Made by a program: the position numbers and the translations under genes | Part shown: in pieces, positions 24,940 to 38,539 of the stretch | Layout: each line of letters begins with the position of its first letter | How positions within the stretch are numbered: position 1 is the first letter of the stretch | Origin: Octopus vulgaris | Taxonomy: Eukaryota | NCBI GenBank assembly: GCA_951406725.2 | Contig: OX597823.1 | Span: forward strand, 96,534,001-96,598,000 | DNA length: 64,000 nucleotides | Direction: 5' to 3' | The notes under the pieces: generated by a model | Database searches by the model: none | What the model was told of the DNA's origin: nothing | What the model saw: only the letters and a program-made list of their open reading frames with translations

Positions 24940-26000
24940 AAGAGTCCATGAGTCAGGAAAATAATGCACTCGAATATCTATCAATAGAGTGGGTATATTA
25001 ATCGAATTGTACAGTATTATATATCGATTATAGCTGATCTTAACGGTTTCACGCTAGGGATTCAGTAGAGTGTTAAGTAACAATCCGATTATGTAATCTT
25101 ATGCTCATCAGAGGTAGCTGATATAGAAGAAATATGGCGACTTGCTCTCTATTGTTGCGGCCTGTATGTTTGCATGCGGTGTGTGTAGGGTACAGCATGT
25201 GTGCGAGTTCATATATTGGTGGCGGTGAAAAACAGTCTATTGGGTAAGCCATGTTTGGGCGTGCGTGTTTGTTTGCGGGTGCGTTAGTGTATGTTTTGGT
25301 CAAACTCTTTGTCGGATTCCAGGTTATTGGTGGAGAGCCGAAGATGGGGGACTGATGATTGGAGTCAAGATGGGGTACACATGTCTGATAGGATGTACTT
25401 TTTCGTAGATGCAGCCAATACTTCACCTATTATTAAAGCACACAACCCAAGAAACACAGCGGTTTACAATATTATCCACCAGAACATCCCACTTCTGAAA
25501 CAAGACCCAAGAATGAAACAAGACCCATTCGAAATATACAAAATAATCAAAAGTAAAAGACAATCAGACTCCCTCAAAAAGTTCCTCACAAGTACTAAAT
25601 TACCTTCCATAATTCCTACACCAATAGTTAAAAAGTGTGGCCGCCCCAGCTGCGGGACCTGCTTCAACCTTATTGAAGACACAAAATACAGTTTCAAATC
25701 AGGACAGACTTTTACCGTAAAAAAATCATTTTACATTTTCTTCGAGTTATCAAATGTTAATGAAGATTACATAGGTCAAACAACGCTTATACTAATAAAC
25801 AGACTCACCATTCACCGACAACAAATACGAGACCCCAGTACTAGACAGATTCCACTGAGTGGACACATAGACATATGTGTAAAAAATATGCCCCCCCCCC
25901 CCCCCCAAAAAAAAAAAATTCCAGGTTTCCCACTCTACCTATGTTCGGCGAATACCACAAACGAAGCACAGATAAACAAAAAATACTTTCATACAAAAGT
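24940..26000 (+). mobile_element. Penelope-like element 3' part (GIY-YIG) with inverted terminal repeat carrying a hammerhead-like core
   Basis: KCGRPSCGTC linker and DYIGQT...RLTIHRQQI...LSGH on +; minus-strand CTGATGA (25105-25111)...GAAACCGTTAAG (25039-25050). Confidence 0.8.
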
Positions 26001-27507
26001 ACAAACCAATACTCAACAAACTATACCCCTTAAGGTGGTGTCCCAGCATGACTGCAGTCCATTGAATGGAACAAGTAAAAGATTAAAAGTAAAGAATAAT
26101 TTTAAGAATTACCATTACTCTTTTTCTCTTTTACGAGTTTCAGCTTGATAGATGTGGCCATGCTGGAGCACAACTGTCGACTTTACTACACTTTCATTAC
26201 TTGAAACCTTCTCCATATCTGGTATTTGGTGAACGAGGGATTTTTTGTTGATGCGAACAATATGAAAAACAAGGTATACCTCCGCTGTATTTGAACTCAG
26301 GATGTCACAGAATGCATCTCTATTGGGTCAAACATGACACCCTTTTAATAATAATAATACAACGGTTTTTATGAAACATTAAAACAATGACTTCATCCAC
26401 AAATTAAAGAGAAGATCATAGAGGAAGCTGCAGCTGGTGCTGATGGTATTCGTTGTATTCGGCTATCCAGTACATTCCACATATTTCTAACCGGGCCAAG
26501 CTTTTCGCAACAGCTCTAACAAGCACTCTATTCCCATTTCCTCTATGTTCCTCTCAATATCTTTTCATACTCTCTCCAATGTCCCAACCACAATATGTTT
26601 AATCTTCATCTTTTTCTTCCTTCACAGTCATATTTAAGAGGGTTGTGTACGTCAACTTAATCTCCCCCAACCTTTTTGTCTTTTCTTTCCTTACTGAAGT
26701 AGTTATGGGTATTTTTGTTTGATAATTTAATTTTTTACGCTTTTAATGTACTTTTCGTTTCTTTTCTTCCTGTAAAAATATGTCAATAAAATTGCAATCC
26801 GTTGTTTAAAAGAAATGAAAATGAATGGCTTAAATTCAAATCCAGTAAAAGCAATGATAATACTTTCTCTATTACTGCTATGAAAATCCATTCACCCATA
26901 GAAATAAAATGCATATAAAAGTGTCACAAAACATGCAGAGAATAATATAAAAACGAGACAGTGAAGACACTAGGCAATGAGTGTATGTGTACCAAGTGAG
27001 AAGTCATTGGTATGTCATAAATTAGCAATGTAGCAATAAATTCAAGAAATACTAAATACTAAATTTTATTCCCCCTAGGGTGGGGCAGAGTACTTATCAC
27101 TTTAATCTTCTACCAGATCTCACACCAAATTTTCATGTACCCAACTGTACCTGGGTCCCTGGCCAAATTAGCAAAATCCCCAATGTCCTTGGAGTCTGTT
27201 TCTATTTTAGTAATGTTACCATGGCAACTTATTGAAAACCTTATTGGCACTTGATCAAGCAAGTGTTTTATGATATTCTCTCGTCTTGATTTTTTTCTTC
27301 CGTGTATATCGGGTATATAGGGTATATCTCATTGCTGAATTTGTAATTCACTTTGAAAAGCATGTTTTCATGTTGTCTTTACTGCTCAGTCATGTCCCCC
27401 TTCACCTGTGAAACACCATGCTGCTGTTATAGACCCCAAATCCTCAAAACGATTTCCTTATTTTCGGTCACTCTTGTAAAATGAATAATTGTCAATTTCC
27501 CACCATC

Positions 27508-27576
<69 letters not shown>

Positions 27577-28661
27577 GGAAGGAAAAGAAGGAAGGAAAAC
27601 TGATCCAGATAGCGGCAAAACACGAGCAAAACAAAAAACTGTTCTCAGTATTTAAGGAAGCTGACAAATACAAACAAGAAATCATACCACCTAATAAACA
27701 TGAAGAAGAACAAGAAGATGAAGAAACAACAAAAGCTATAAAACAAATGAAATCCAAACTAAAAACAGAACAGCAACGAACCATGATAAAACAATGGCAA
27801 GAAAAGCCCCTTCATGGTAAATACTGCACTAAACTAAACGCAAAAGAAATAGACAAAGAAAAAATCCCAGCAATGGTTGAGAAGCTCAGGACTCAAAGCA
27901 GAAACAGAGGGATTTTTAATTGCAGCACAAGACCAAAGCCTCCCCACCAGAAATTACCAAAAACATGTAATGAAAAGAAATATTACAAGTAACTGCAGAA
28001 TATGTGGAGATGGACAAGAAACAATAAATCATATTATCTCTAGCTGCCCAGTCCTGGCTAAGAAGGAATATATTCACAGACATGACAGAGTTGGAACCTA
28101 CATACATTGGAAGCTATGCCAACATTATGGAATAACAACAGAAAAAAGATGGTATAGGCACACACCAGAAAAGGTCACAGAAAACGAGAAAGCAACCATA
28201 CTCTGGGATATGCCGATACACACAGATAGAGAAATTAAGGCCAACAGACCAGATATAGTTGTCAGAGATCATGAAGAAAAAATGCTTTTTAATTGATGTA
28301 TCAATACCGGCAGATGACAACGTGTCTCTAAAAGAAATGGAGAAACTCTCAAAATACAAAGACCTGGAAATAGAGGTAACTAGAATGTGGAATCTGAAAA
28401 CAGAAACAATTCCTATCATAGTAGGTGCATTAGGCATGATAAAAAAATATTCAGACAAATACATAACAAAAACACCAGGACTTACAAACACATATAACAT
28501 ACAGAAAATTGCACTACTAGGCACTGCCCACATCCTACGCAGAACACTTTCCATACAATAACCATCAGAGCATCACAACAAATCACAGCACATACCCAAG
28601 GCACACAGAGCTGCGCTCGGTAGTGAAGTGAAAGCACGCTATAAAAATAAAAATAAAACTA

Positions 28662-28740
<79 letters not shown>

Positions 28741-28753
28741 TGATAATGATAAT

Positions 28754-28816
<63 letters not shown>

Positions 28817-28930
28817 TTTCCATACAATAACTATTAGAGCATCACAACAAATCACAGCACATACCCAAGGCACACAGAGCTGCGCTCGGTAGTGAAGTGA
28901 AAGCACGCTATAAAAATAAAAATAAAACTA

Positions 28931-28935
<5 letters not shown>
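27577..28935 (+). mobile_element. Dong/R4 LINE 3' fragment with duplicated 3' UTR, embedded in (AAT)n
   Basis: CRICG...H..S.C zinc knuckle, RHD and NRPD RLE motifs; very similar to 43260-44330; 3' UTR repeated at 28817-28935. Confidence 0.92.
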
Positions 28936-29002
<67 letters not shown>

Positions 29003-29225
29003 TAATAATAGTTTATTAATTGACATGAGTATTCCCTGTGATCACAATATAGCGGCGAAAGAATTTGACAAGATTAGTAAATATAAAGACCTGCTAATGG
29101 TAATTGAAAAAATGTGGCATCTCAAGGCTACTACAGTGCCAGTGATTGTAGGATCTCTAGGAATGATAAAAAAAAGGCACTGAAACCTATTTGAAAATGA
29201 TTCCAGGCTTACCATCCCTTGGAAG

Positions 29226-29721
29226 TGTTATCATGTACATTGTTTTGTCTTGGTATAAAAGATGGGCTACAGCAAATATTCTGCTCAATACCACAGATTT
29301 GCTTGTCAGTTGTTTGACCTTAACCAGTTGAGCATGTCCCTAAGTGGCTGACGATATGTGCATCTCTGATCACGAGCAGAAGTAGTGGGGGAGCATCATA
29401 GCCATGTGTTGAGAGGGATTCTTTGGGGTTTGAATAGTTCACCTCTGGAAACATGGGTGGTTCTTTCAACATCCTTAAACAACCCTTATTCAGGGACCGT
29501 TTGAGCGGGATGGGCTACTCAACCTGAAGAAAATTCTAACTGGGCCCCACCTGCAAGGTCATGTGCTGTTTATCTTGATATGAGATCACCATGTCGCGCA
29601 CATATGGTTGTGATGCATGTGCCTGGTGTACCTTTATCAGACGGGTAGTCATGATGGGTATATTGGGCTTCGTATATTTTACCCCAGTGTCACTTTGATG
29701 GCATGAACTGCTCTCTCACTC

Positions 29722-29722
<1 letters not shown>
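29226..29722 (+). mobile_element. Non-coding retroposon ending in (AAT)n
   Basis: About 500-bp unit with two other copies in the window; ends ctctctcactc(aat)n. Confidence 0.75.
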
Positions 29723-29798
<76 letters not shown>

Positions 29799-29835
29799 TA
29801 ATAACAACAACAACAACAACAATAATAATAATAAT

Positions 29836-29867
<32 letters not shown>

Positions 29868-29901
29868 GAATAACAATTACAATAACAATAATAATAATAA
29901 C

Positions 29902-29953
<52 letters not shown>

Positions 29954-29962
29954 GTAATAGTA

Positions 29963-30035
<73 letters not shown>

Positions 30036-30041
30036 TAATAC

Positions 30042-30080
<39 letters not shown>

Positions 30081-30114
30081 TAACAATAACAATAACAATA
30101 ATAATAATAATAGA

Positions 30115-30177
<63 letters not shown>

Positions 30178-30178
30178 C
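29722..30178. repeat. Compound (AAT)/(AAC)n microsatellite, about 450 bp
   Basis: Direct reading of the sequence. Confidence 0.95.
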
Positions 30179-30179
30179 A

Positions 30180-31335
30180 ATTCTTTTTTATTGGCCACAA
30201 GGGCTGACACGCATGATTACATAAAGGGACAAAACAGGACGAAAGGTTACAATGGGTTTTGTCCGTTTTTGAAAAACATCGAGTAAAAATCTTTATAACA
30301 ATTTTAAAAATTCAACAATGAAAAACTCCCAAAAGGGGGAGACGTTTCGAAAGGTTCCTGGTGGAAAAAACCCTACAAAAGCCAACGGGAGCCTGGTCAA
30401 AAAAGGGGTGTAGAGAGTCCCTTTTTTCTCCTTTTACATTACCTTTTTGAAATTACAGGCGAAACCTGAGAACTGGTCCATTTATACTGGCCAGTCTCGC
30501 ACAATTCACCCACCTTTCATAAAACTTGCTATCGGACAGCACTTTCCTCTCTAACCTCATCTTCCTTTTCAAGTGAAACTTGAAAAAGTTGATGAGGCCT
30601 TGACCAAAGAGGAAAGTGTCTGACTTTAGCCCTTTCAAACGAGTCCACCACACCACCTCTTTCGCCACAGCCACTAGGCACAAGAAAACGGCCTCGCCCT
30701 CCTTGTTAAAGGAGGTCGGCGGGGCAATCTTCACTATGGATTCGGCCGATAGTCGGATCCGTCCTACACGTGACAGTAGCTGTTCGACATAAACCCATAT
30801 TTCAGCAATACTCGGGCACTGGACGAGTGCGTGCAGAACGGTTTCGTCGTCCTGGCAACACCTCGGGCAGGCCCGGCTGACAGCACTTCCGTGCCGGTAA
30901 AGTTTATCTCGAACAGGCAGAGCCTCTCGGTAGCACTGCCAGGCGAGCGACCTCTGGAAATTATCCATCGGCCCCGGCCCGAAAGTCCTCCCGAACAGAC
31001 CGCTCAGTTCGTCATCTTCAACGCCTAGAGTTTCCCCGAGAACGTCGTCGCATTTTTCCTCCACTAACCCTCTATAGAACGCTAGAGTGGAGCTGTAACC
31101 GATCGCATTGCCCGCCTAACGGAGGGCGGAGAGGGCTTGACGGCACTCGAGGTGCCAAGCGCCCTTTCTCGGTCTACGTTTGATCCAGGTCTGCAGCTCC
31201 GTCAAAGAGACGAGCTGCGGAAAATCGCGTCTGACAAAAGACGACCACACCTGTTCACCGTCTAGGAAGCGCTTGAGATGCCGCAGCCTGAGCGCATGTC
31301 TGCGCAACAGCAACCACGGCATTCCAATGCTAGAC
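30180..31335 (-). mobile_element. L1/Tx1-clade LINE 3' fragment
   Basis: zf-RVT-type ALPVRDKL...CPRC...ETVLHALVQC; A-rich 3' end near 30181-30191. Confidence 0.85.
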
Positions 31336-31389
31336 CACCACAATCGACACGGGATGGCCTCCTCTAACGCCTGCACAGTTGTTACGCCA

Positions 31390-33530
31390 ATATTTTTACT
31401 AAATATTGGGGACCTATTGAATCACAACAACAATAGCAAATTTCTTTTCCTGAGAGACCCTGCTGCATGCAATCAAGCCCTATGTATAGCACTTGTAGAA
31501 ACTCATTTGAGCCCTGATTTAGAGAATGCAGAAGTACACGTACCAAAACATACCATACTGCGAACAGACAGAAGGGAAAGGAGCTATGGTGGGGTTGCTG
31601 TATACATCCGTGAAGATCTCACACCACAGGTCTTACTGTCACACTCAAATTCAGTATGTGACAATCTAATTTTATACATAAAACAACATGATATAGTCAT
31701 ATGCAATACTTATCGCCCACCGGATGCTCCAAACCACATAGGCAAGTTTGAAGATTGCCTCACAAGAATTAAAGAAATCCTCATGAAACTGGAACACCAC
31801 GTGAGCGTATTTCTTATGGATGATTTCAACTTCCCCAATGTCAAATGACCTGAAGGCCTCATGCTCTCAGGAATGATTCATTGCAAACAATCACCAATGC
31901 CCTATTTATGCAACAAGTCGTACTCAGACCAACTAGGGCGAATAATATTTTGGATCTCTGCTTCACAAACAATATTGACATCGTTCATGATGTGAAAGCG
32001 ACGCCGACATTAGTTTCGGATCACAACATAATAGAGCTGTCTATGTTTGGGCCGAAAGTAACCAGAGACATACAGCCTAAAGGGAGCACGCGAAAACTCT
32101 CCAATCTGAACTTCCACAAGCAGAAATCGATCCGAAAAGATATCTTCAGACAGGACTGGCCGAAATGTTTCTCCACACCAGATGTTGGCATGAAACTAGA
32201 ATATTTCATGTCTGTTATGCAAACCATATGCCAGAAATATATCCTAGAGCGCAAGGCCAACACAAAAAGGAACAAGATTCCAAGGGAAAAGATCTTCATG
32301 AGACGACGGACGAATGTTACAAATCACTTCAACCAACATTCCAAAAGTAGTGAAAGGTCCCACCTAAAAACAACACTGATGGAGATTGAAAAAAGCCTGC
32401 AACAATCCTATGTGAGGGAGAGAGGGCGGAAAAAGAAGCCTGGGTTATAAAAAACATTAAGTCAAACCCAAAGGTCTTCTTTCATTATACCAAAGAAACA
32501 GCATCATTATTCTGAAAAATAGGACCCAACTTCCAAAAGGATGGCTCCCTCACAGATAGTCCAACGAAGATCAGTGAGGTACTGAATGACCAGTTCTAAA
32601 GTGTCTTTACTACCCCGTTAGAACACAGACAAGTGAAAGAACCAATGGATTTCTTTGCTGCCTCACCTATAACCAGCGAGGCAGTTACGATGGATTATAT
32701 CAACATTAGTGACGAAGATATAATACTAGCCATAAATGAGGTGGATCCAAACTCAACTGCTGGTTGAACAATCCTCCTCAAATCGTGTAAGCGTGCCCTG
32801 ACGAAACCACTACAGATTCTCTTCCAGAACTTTCTCACAAATGGCAGGCTGCCAAACAAACTGAAAGAGGGAATAATATGCCCAATCCATAAAGGAGGAA
32901 GCAGAGCAGATGCTGAAAACTAAAGGCCTCTCTCTCTGACTTCACACGTCAGTAAAGTCATGGAATGGATAGTCAGAGGGAAACTAATCACATTCCTTGA
33001 TAAAAACCAGGTAGGAGCTACCTGACCCAGCTCTTACAACACTATGACAGTTACTCAACAACTCAAATGCGGACGTAATATACCTTGCCTTTGCAAAAGT
33101 ATTTGATAAAGTGGATCATGGTATGATATGCCACAAGCCTCGTGATCTCGGGATAGCTGGAAAACTTGGAGAGTGTTTACATGACTTTCTGGACGATAGA
33201 AGTCAGGCAGTAGTGGCCGATGGAGCCACGTCAAAGAAAACACAAATAGTGAGTGGTGTTCCACAGGGCGCTGTCTTGTGATCACTGCTTTTCATAGTGA
33301 CCCTCTCAGATATGCCATCAGCTACCCGAATAGCCACCCTTGCCAGCCTACGCAGACGATATGAATGTCTCGCAGAAAATACTGAACCCCAGCGATGGTG
33401 CACACTTGCAACAGGAGTTGGACTCAATATACAGATGGGCTGAGGACTATACTATGCAGCTTAATGCTGAAAAATTCCAAGCTACCAGCGTCCAAAACTG
33501 AATATAAAACGTGTACTTTGCAACAAATTT
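31390..33530 (+). mobile_element. Degenerate CR1-clade LINE ORF2 (APE plus RT)
   Basis: ETHL, RTDR..GGVAVY, YRPP, DFN, NILDL, SDHN, RP.SLTS..SKVME, AKVFDKVDH and SGVPQG motifs with many stops. Confidence 0.88.
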
Positions 33531-33754
33531 GCTCAGAGGCAGTGTTTTCTCTCTCCTACTCATCTTTTCTTTTTCTAGTGAAGCAAGCAAAAGCTGATTA
33601 GGACTTGACCATAGAGGAATATGTCTGTCTTCAGCCCATTCAGTCCTCTCTACCTCACTACCCCTTTCCCCATGACCAACTTACAGATAACTTCCTGCTC
33701 TTCACGGCTAAATGTAGGTGGAGGAGTGATCTTCACAATGGACTCAGCTGATAG

Positions 33755-33952
33755 TTGAATTAATTCTGGGATTATCCTGTCGCTTCCAGATTTATTTACA
33801 TTGCTTGGAATTAATCCTGGGATTATCCTGTTGCTTCCAGATTTATTCACATTGCTTTGAATTAATAATGGGATTATCCCGTAGCTTCCAGATTTATTCA
33901 CATTGCTTGGAATTAATCCTGGGATTATCTCGTAGCCTCCAGATTTATTCAG
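33755..33952. repeat. 51-bp minisatellite, about 4 copies
   Basis: Unit aattaatcctgggattatcctgttgcttccagatttattcacattgcttgg; abuts a Tx1-like fragment (QLSAESIVKITPP). Confidence 0.9.
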
Positions 33953-34239
33953 CGGTCAAGTGAACCGGTCATCTCTTCAGCTAGACCATTCCTTTAGTGT
34001 TCTCTGTGCGTGCTCTCCCAGCACTCTGTGTGGCAGCTTTTAGCACAGTGTGTGCTCTGTCTAAAAGCTCTGCCTTAGGTGCTTGAAATGTGGTGCTTTA
34101 TTAGCCTAAAATCGGTTCAGAGCGGCCGCACCAAAAGCTAGAATCTCTGCAGGAGGTCAGCTCTCAGCGGCGTCCCGATTGGTAAGAATTTTTTTTATTC
34201 TAGCCAATCGTGACATTGGATGTAGTGACTAAATATTTC

Positions 34240-35830
34240 TGCTACAATGCTGACTGCAGGGAAAGACTTGCTGACAATCCAGAAAGAGGGATGACAAAGC
34301 GGAGAGACGCTTGACTGTACGACAGCGTAACGAAGGATCAAATGGGCTTGCAGACCGATCCGGGGTAAAATTGCAACGAAAACACATGGGAAATCATGCC
34401 CCCATGATCCCGGACCCCGGGGGGGGGGGACAATAAAGGATCAAATAGGGACGGAAAAAACGAAATGGACTTGAACCGGAAAAGGACAATGAGAAAGGAA
34501 ACAGTATAGGAATGGTAGATGAGGAGTTCAGCTGCTGCGGAAAGGTGTTTGCTAGTTACATCGGGCTGAAAATCCACCAAGGGAAGGTGTGCCAGAAGAA
34601 AGTAATTCAACAACGCGGGTTGATAAACCATAAGACGTGTGGCCAGAATCCCCGGAAAATAACCATAGCAAGGTTCATTCCACAGTTGAATTGGAACAGT
34701 CAAAAAGACTGATAGGTGTGAAGAGGACAAAGGTTAAGTGGCCGAAAGTAAATGATGCAGCGAGTTATAAAAAATTTGACGACGAGGTAGCAAGAATGAC
34801 CACCAAATTCAAAGGCGACGACGAACGAAAGCTCGAAAACCTAGCTAATACAATCTACCAGGAAGGAGAGAAAAGATTTGGACTGCAAACAATAGGGAAG
34901 GTAGAATCAACGGCAAAGAGCAGACCAACGAGGAGAGAAAGACGGATCGCAAAGATTCGAGAAGAGAAGAAAAAATTCAGAACCAGATGGAGGGATGAAA
35001 AGGAGGAGGAAAGAGAAGGGCTAAAGCAGCTATATGAAGAGATAAAAAAGAGGCATCGAGATCTGCTAAGAAGACAAAGAATGAGGAGCAGAAGAAAGGA
35101 GAGAGAAAAAACTATCGTAGCTTTGTGAACAATCCCTATCAATATGCGAAACATCTATTTACTGAAAGTAAAAGTGGAAAATTGGATTGCACGAGAGAAG
35201 AGCTCGAACAACATCTGAAAGAGACATACAGCGACTCTGACAGAAATTAAGTACTCCCAGAAATGCACGGACTGAAGAACCACCTGAACCAAGAGTACCA
35301 TTTGATTTGAGTGACATCAAACGGAAAGAAATGGATGAGTTCATAAGGAAAGCAAGAGCAAAAAGTGCACCAGGGAACAATGGAGTGAGCTACAAGGTAT
35401 ATAAATATTGCCCGAAATTACGCTTGCAGCTGTTTGCACTGATAAGAGAAATGTGGAAGAAGAAAGATGTCGCGGAGCGATGGTGTGTAGCCGAAGGTAT
35501 CTATCTACCTAAAGAAAAAGAGGCAAAAACACTAGGCCAATTTAGACCGATTTCACTACTAAATACCGACGGGAAAATCATGTTCGGAATAATTGCTAGA
35601 CGAATCATAAGATTCGTACAGCATAACGGGTACGTTAATGAAGCGATTCAAAAAGCAGGAATCCCTGGAATCCCTAAGTGCATAGAACACGCATTTTCCA
35701 TCTGGGAAGCCATCAGCTGTACAAAACAAATGAAGAAAAGTCTGTATATTGTTTGGCTAGATCTTGCCAATGCTTATGGATCTGTTCCGCACGCAATAAT
35801 AAAAACAGCGATGGAAAGGTTTTTAACCCC
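34240..35830 (+). mobile_element. HERO-like (R2-group) non-LTR retrotransposon, 5' half
   Basis: N-terminal zinc finger CGKVF...GLKIHQGK.C, VKWPK, RRERRI, KSAPGNNG..Y.VYK.CP, FRPISLLN and WLDLANAYGSVPH; stops inside RT. Confidence 0.8.
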
Positions 35831-35941
35831 AAACAACAATGGAAAAAATTGTTTCAAAGAATTTTTGTCTTGAAGCACCACCATTTCAACCACCCACCTG
35901 GAATACATAATAATAATAAGAAATCATTATTATAAACTTAC

Positions 35942-36084
35942 CTGTAATTTAAGTCAGGTACAATAAATATCATGCTTCCAATTTGTAAACCATCCATAAT
36001 GGTTGCAGAGAAAAGGAAAGCTAGCGTCAATTTCTGATAAAGTCCACATCCTCCAATTGTCCCAATCACTTCTTCGTAGTCCAT
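35942..36084 (-). CDS. SLC22-family transporter, coding exon 1 (143 nt)
   Basis: caccATGG start; MDYEEVIGTIGGCGLYQK is the typical SLC22 N-terminus, followed by TM1; GTAAGT donor, phase 2 joins exon 2 as YR/CAIP. Confidence 0.93.
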
Positions 36085-37569
36085 GGTGAACAAACCTCTC
36101 AGAACAAATGTGTCGTCTGCTTCAAGCAATTTCTAAATGTGTTTGCCTCTACTTGCAAGAATGTCTATCTCCTTTCATGCATGCGTACATACATATATGT
36201 ATCAGGTATGCGAGTGAGAATACCTGTAGGAGTATGGTATGGGGAAGAGGGGGAAATGTGAATGAAAGACAACTATTTATGATCGGGTGTTGAATGGGAG
36301 TGAGAGGGGGAGGAAAAAAGACAAAGAGAGAAATAGTGTATGTGTATGTATGTGTACGTATGTGTGGGTATATATATGTGTGTGTATGCATGTGTGTGTT
36401 TAAGAAAGTTATAGTAAGTCTGTTACACCACTTGAACGTGTGCAGTGCACAGAATGCATTTATTTCTTTGTGTGTGTATATGTTTGTGAGTGTGTGTGTG
36501 TGTATTTAAATAAATATATATATATTTATATATACACTTCGTCAACACCTTTTGATAACTAAAGGATCGCCCACACATTAAAAATTAGAAAAAAAGGGGG
36601 GGTGGGGAGAAAGATAAAATAACTGCAAGCTCATAATTCAAATACAAATTTCTCAGTATTACAGCAAACATTCTGTACAATCTATTCTACATACTTCTCC
36701 TTAAAAAAAAAATAATCAACAAAACAAACGAACAAAATAAAATTTAATAAAACATATCCACCAGAATGGCTAGCTACCAAAAATCCAACAAAAACTGGTC
36801 TGATAATGAAATCGACGTTCTTATCAACACATGGTATTGCCTTACCCAAACAGAAAGCATCGGTGCTTCGTGTCTGAACGAAATTGCTTAACGAACAGTT
36901 CACCTTTTGCAAACTCGATCTGAACAGCAGATACAAAATAAATTAAAGCAAATCGAAGTTGCTTTTAAATTAATAAATAAACACTTCGATAAACTGAGAT
37001 GTGTATTCGCTTCGAACGCATCACCGGCGCAACAACAACAACAACCTCAACAACAAACTCAGCGGCAACAACAACAACAACAGCTACAGCAACAACGACA
37101 ACAACTTCAGCAGCATCAACAACAACCTCAACAACAACCTCAGCGGCAACAACAACAGTATGAACCGCTCCTTGATTTATCTACAATGGCCGATTTGCTA
37201 AACGAAACGATTGACACCCCCCCCCACCTCCAGTCACCAGGGTCACACAGCAGGAAGCACCACCCCTTCCTTTAAGAACATTTGAGGTAGTGGAGCCCAT
37301 CAACTGATTGACTAAAATTCAGGTTCTGAGAAGAAAGAACAAATGAAAGGGGACAGCAAAGATTTTCTATTTATAGAAATGGGGTGAAAGAGATGTCAGA
37401 GTTTCATATAAAGGAATTTATGTAGGGAAGAGGATTGTCACACTACAATGAACAGATTTGGTATTAGGAGAACTAGGTCAGTGTCAAGTGGTCACAATGA
37501 GCCTCACAGAGAATGCGGAGACCTTATAAAACGAATGCACATCAACACAACAATCAGCTTATAAGTTCC

Positions 37570-38390
37570 GAGTAATAATAATAATGAAATTATTGTATAC
37601 AGTGCTCAGGTGCACCACAACTTGTCAGAAAGTGCATATAAAGTACATGCAGTAATGTAGAAATGTCTGGAAAGCGAACAATGTATGAGTCAGATACATG
37701 CTTGTGTGTGTATGGAGGGGAGAAAATCAAGTGTAGTGTTGGTGAATCTCAGGAAGCATGGAAGTTTTGAAGGATGCAGTGCTCCGACAACTAACAACTG
37801 ATGCCGGGAGTTTGTTCCATGCTTCAGCAACTCTCAGCGTGAAAAAATGTTTCCTGAAGTCATGGGAGCTGTGCTGTTTTCTTACTTTGTAAATATATCC
37901 ACGGGTGTTAGATGGGTGGAGTTTGAAAAGGTGATCAGAGTTATTGTTTGTACGATGGTTGATAATTGTTTGTACGATGGTTGATAATTGTTTGTACGAT
38001 GGTTGATAATTTTATGGGTGTCTGCCAAGTCAGCTGCCAGACGTCGGAGTTTCAATGTGTCCATGCCCAGGGAAGTAAGGCGTTCAGGATATGGCAAATG
38101 CCTGATGGAGGGTATTCTTTTGGTTGCACGTCGCTGAACTAGCTTCCAGACGATTGATATCCTGGGTAAGATAGGGGTTCCAGACCGGTGATGCAAATTC
38201 CAGGTGAGGTCTTACCATAGCTATATAAAGCCGCAGATAGATAGCCGGAGAGCAGCTCACAAAGGATTTGGTGAGTGATGCCAAGACACCCTCAGCCTTC
38301 TTGACAATTTTAGCGATGTGTTTTGTCCAACGCAAATCACTGTCGGCAATAACACCCAGGTCACGTTCACATGAAGACTTTTTGAGATAT
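37570..38390 (-). mobile_element. CR1-clade LINE 3' fragment
   Basis: RDLGV, VRPHLEFASPVWNPY and VQRRATK..Y.ERL thumb motifs; includes a 22-bp x3 tandem at about 37944-38010. Confidence 0.85.
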
Positions 38391-38539
38391 TATGTACTTT
38401 GACACGTTGGATTAGAGGAAAAAATATAGATCTAAAATATAGATCTAAAATTTATTCAATTTAGAGAAAAGGATTGTTTAAGGAGGTTGAACGAACCGCC
38501 CATCATCATCATCATCATCATCATCGTTATTATTATTAT

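Noticed and set aside
29679-30210. Poly-Leu and poly-Ile ORFs
   Set aside because: Artefacts of the (AAT)n array.
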